Shown: piece after piece, positions 62,901-64,000 of the stretch
Numbering within the stretch: position 1 is the stretch's first letter
Layout: each line of letters begins with the position of its first letter
Virus record (IMG/VR): IMGVR_UViG_2865671049_000004
Location: 1-64,000 of that record
Origin: a virus
Taxonomy: Duplodnaviria; Caudoviricetes
Direction: 5' to 3' (one strand)
DNA length: 64,000 bases
Position numbers and translations under genes: made by a program
The notes under the pieces: generated by a model
Told to the model about the DNA's origin: nothing
The model's database searches: none
The model's input: only the letters and a program-made list of their open reading frames with translations

Positions 62901-64000
62901 TCGGCACGGTCGTCACGGCGTTGCTGCCGCTCCTGCCGGTGATCAGTCAGCTGGTGGTGTCGCTACTGCCGGTGCTGAACCCGCTGCTGCAGGCGGTTGC
63001 GACGATCGCCGCGCAACTCGCGCCGGTGATTGCCCTGGTGGCGCAGACGTTCGCGTCGGTGTTCCTGCCGGTCATCAACACGTTGATCGGTACGGTGCTC
63101 CCGCCGTTGGTGCAGATCCTGACGACGATCATCAGTGCGGTGTTCCCGGTTCTGACGGCGTTGCTGACTGCGCTGCAGCCGGCGCTGACGGACATGTCGG
63201 CGGCGTTCGTTCAGTTGGCGGTGGCGCTGGCGCCGGTGCTGCTGGCGTTGGCGGAGCTGATCGGGCCGATCCTGACTGCGTTGATGCCGGTGCTGTTGCC
63301 GATCATCGACACGATCGGGAAGCTCGCGTCGATCTTCGTGGGCGAGTTGGCGAATGTGATCACGACGATCGTGGTGCCCGCGCTGCAGATGATCACGCAG
63401 TTCCTGAACGGGGACTTCCATGGCGCCTGGGATTCGGCGAAGGAGCTGATCAGGGGCGTCGTCATGGAGGTTGTGCGGCTGATTGCCGAACTCCCGTTCA
63501 AGATCATCAATGCGCTGATCGACCTCGGCTCCAGCCTCCTCAGGGTCTTCGGCAACGCCTTCGTCCAGCTCAACATCAAGATCATCGAGCACATGGACGA
63601 CATCAAGGGCTTCTTCCGCGACCTCCCCGGCAACATCCTCAACGCCCTCGGCGACCTCGGCAACCTCCTCGCCGACGCCGGCCGCCGCCTCATCTCCGGC
63701 CTCATCAAGGGCATCAAGGGCAGCATGGGATCCCTCGGATCCGTCCTCAGCGACGTCACCAGCTACATCACCGAACACAAGGGGCCGCCCGAGGTCGACG
63801 CCATCCTCCTCACCCCCGCCGGCGAATCCATCATGGACAGCCTCATGGGCGGCCTCGACAACCGCCTGCCCGCCCTACGCGGAAAGCTCGACGGGATCAC
63901 CGCCGCCATCAGCGGCACCGTCACCGGCACCGGCACCACCCTCCCCATCGGGCAGGTCGTCACCGCGCCCACCACCCAGACAGCGTTCGCAGGCGGGGCG
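59999..64000 (+). CDS. tape measure protein (3'-truncated by window end)
   Basis: ATG 59999 MSFRVAEGFV; Ala-rich helical; absent from the ORF track because no stop is reached. Confidence 0.9.
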   Translation, partial: MSFRVAEGFVEVTMDRSKYDADLQRLKSQKLDLRVLAKLDDTAARTQLASLTKPITLKVQASLDDAAVRARIEQLSETLTIRLDDSAARASLDALTRDRVVPVVAVVSTAQASADLQQLTAPLQVAVVPALHVPSTQEMSDYLSHLQPLFAAAASSAASGATIAGGDIGPRLTNFVASASAPIEIPITAKISFLAQFRVNRWRRQISDSISVSVVPRLDATAASVVRSELQAFEPPIDVPVRPEWDSAAAAIVEAHLHALQDPLQIPVEPDWDSAAMPVLAAHLEQLRETINVTVTPEFDEAARHLVAAHLDAFRIPVDVPIRPTYDDAAGATVWQRLHRLANPMAAVVQTELASVPFMLAGTLLDRLARRRTAEVDVRVEQTQLPALTHSLDQVGAKARAGTAGLSVFAGASRLLMASAAGAIPTLASLGQAIISMGPAAAVAAPAIGSLISIFGALKIGLSGISGAFKQAFAPAAGGAGGAAGATHALADAQQQLKTAIRDAGDANRHAIQQVAAAERDLTTAQRQERQAQLDLIAARKDAAQQLEDYKQKLVDSELDHRQAVLDVQQAKEDLDKTLADPKATELQKQQAQLASDQAVQHLKEQETAQARLKEEAAAAAAAGVDGNQRVAQATQDVADAQQDVTDKTLALSEARISADRTAEDAALRIAQAQQGIADAMQSAGGGAAGMANAMAKLAPSAREFVDAVVALKPAWDALKMDVQQQLFEGVGAKLTSVAKQVLPDLRAGLVGTAGVLNQMGLQALDAVDKLSKTGTLKQAFAGINEGLKPLQSVPANLLTMFGQLTAAAGPAFLKVTSAIGETIGSFTKRLGDAFASGRLTEAIDAAMGLVKQFGKMLGDVAGTLGNILKAVAGAGGDALGVLGEVFSELRRITAMPEVQGALTSLFKTLNLLAATVAPLFGQALMALGPVIQALAPPVQALITALGSALSPIIGALGPILVTAAQAIGTVVTALLPLLPVISQLVVSLLPVLNPLLQAVATIAAQLAPVIALVAQTFASVFLPVINTLIGTVLPPLVQILTTIISAVFPVLTALLTALQPALTDMSAAFVQLAVALAPVLLALAELIGPILTALMPVLLPIIDTIGKLASIFVGELANVITTIVVPALQMITQFLNGDFHGAWDSAKELIRGVVMEVVRLIAELPFKIINALIDLGSSLLRVFGNAFVQLNIKIIEHMDDIKGFFRDLPGNILNALGDLGNLLADAGRRLISGLIKGIKGSMGSLGSVLSDVTSYITEHKGPPEVDAILLTPAGESIMDSLMGGLDNRLPALRGKLDGITAAISGTVTGTGTTLPIGQVVTAPTTQTAFAGGA

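Noticed and set aside
1-64000. tRNA or rRNA genes
   Set aside because: No cloverleaf with T-loop GTTCRA and D-loop signatures was found by eye in intergenic gaps; tRNAscan-SE would settle this.

Overview
High-GC Streptomyces-type temperate siphophage or phage-plasmid segment with four blocks. (1) 1-24 kb, rightward early region: recombination, replication initiator plus DnaC-like loader, VUT + DpdA-like pair, many small genes. (2) 24-38.6 kb, leftward early region: Thg1, MazG fusion, a second initiator plus DnaB, and a cro/cI-like switch at 38.3-39.2 kb. (3) 39.6-47.6 kb: a Streptomyces plasmid-type transfer module (spd-like, traA-like, traB) with dense DNA repeat clouds. (4) 47.7-64 kb: terminase, head and tail genes, ending inside the tape measure gene. 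No integrase, tRNA or CRISPR array was seen. The best find is at 8389-9381: a Nop/IS110-Tnp-fold protein with no RuvC domain, whose 5' coding sequence carries three stem-loop units with an exact 36-nt core GGCCA-N9-YG-N3-CCCA-N9-CGCC. This is the architecture of a TIGR-Tas (TasA-type) RNA-guided system, here apparently embedded in frame in the ORF and coupled to an unknown upstream gene. All calls come from reading motifs by eye; no database searches were run.
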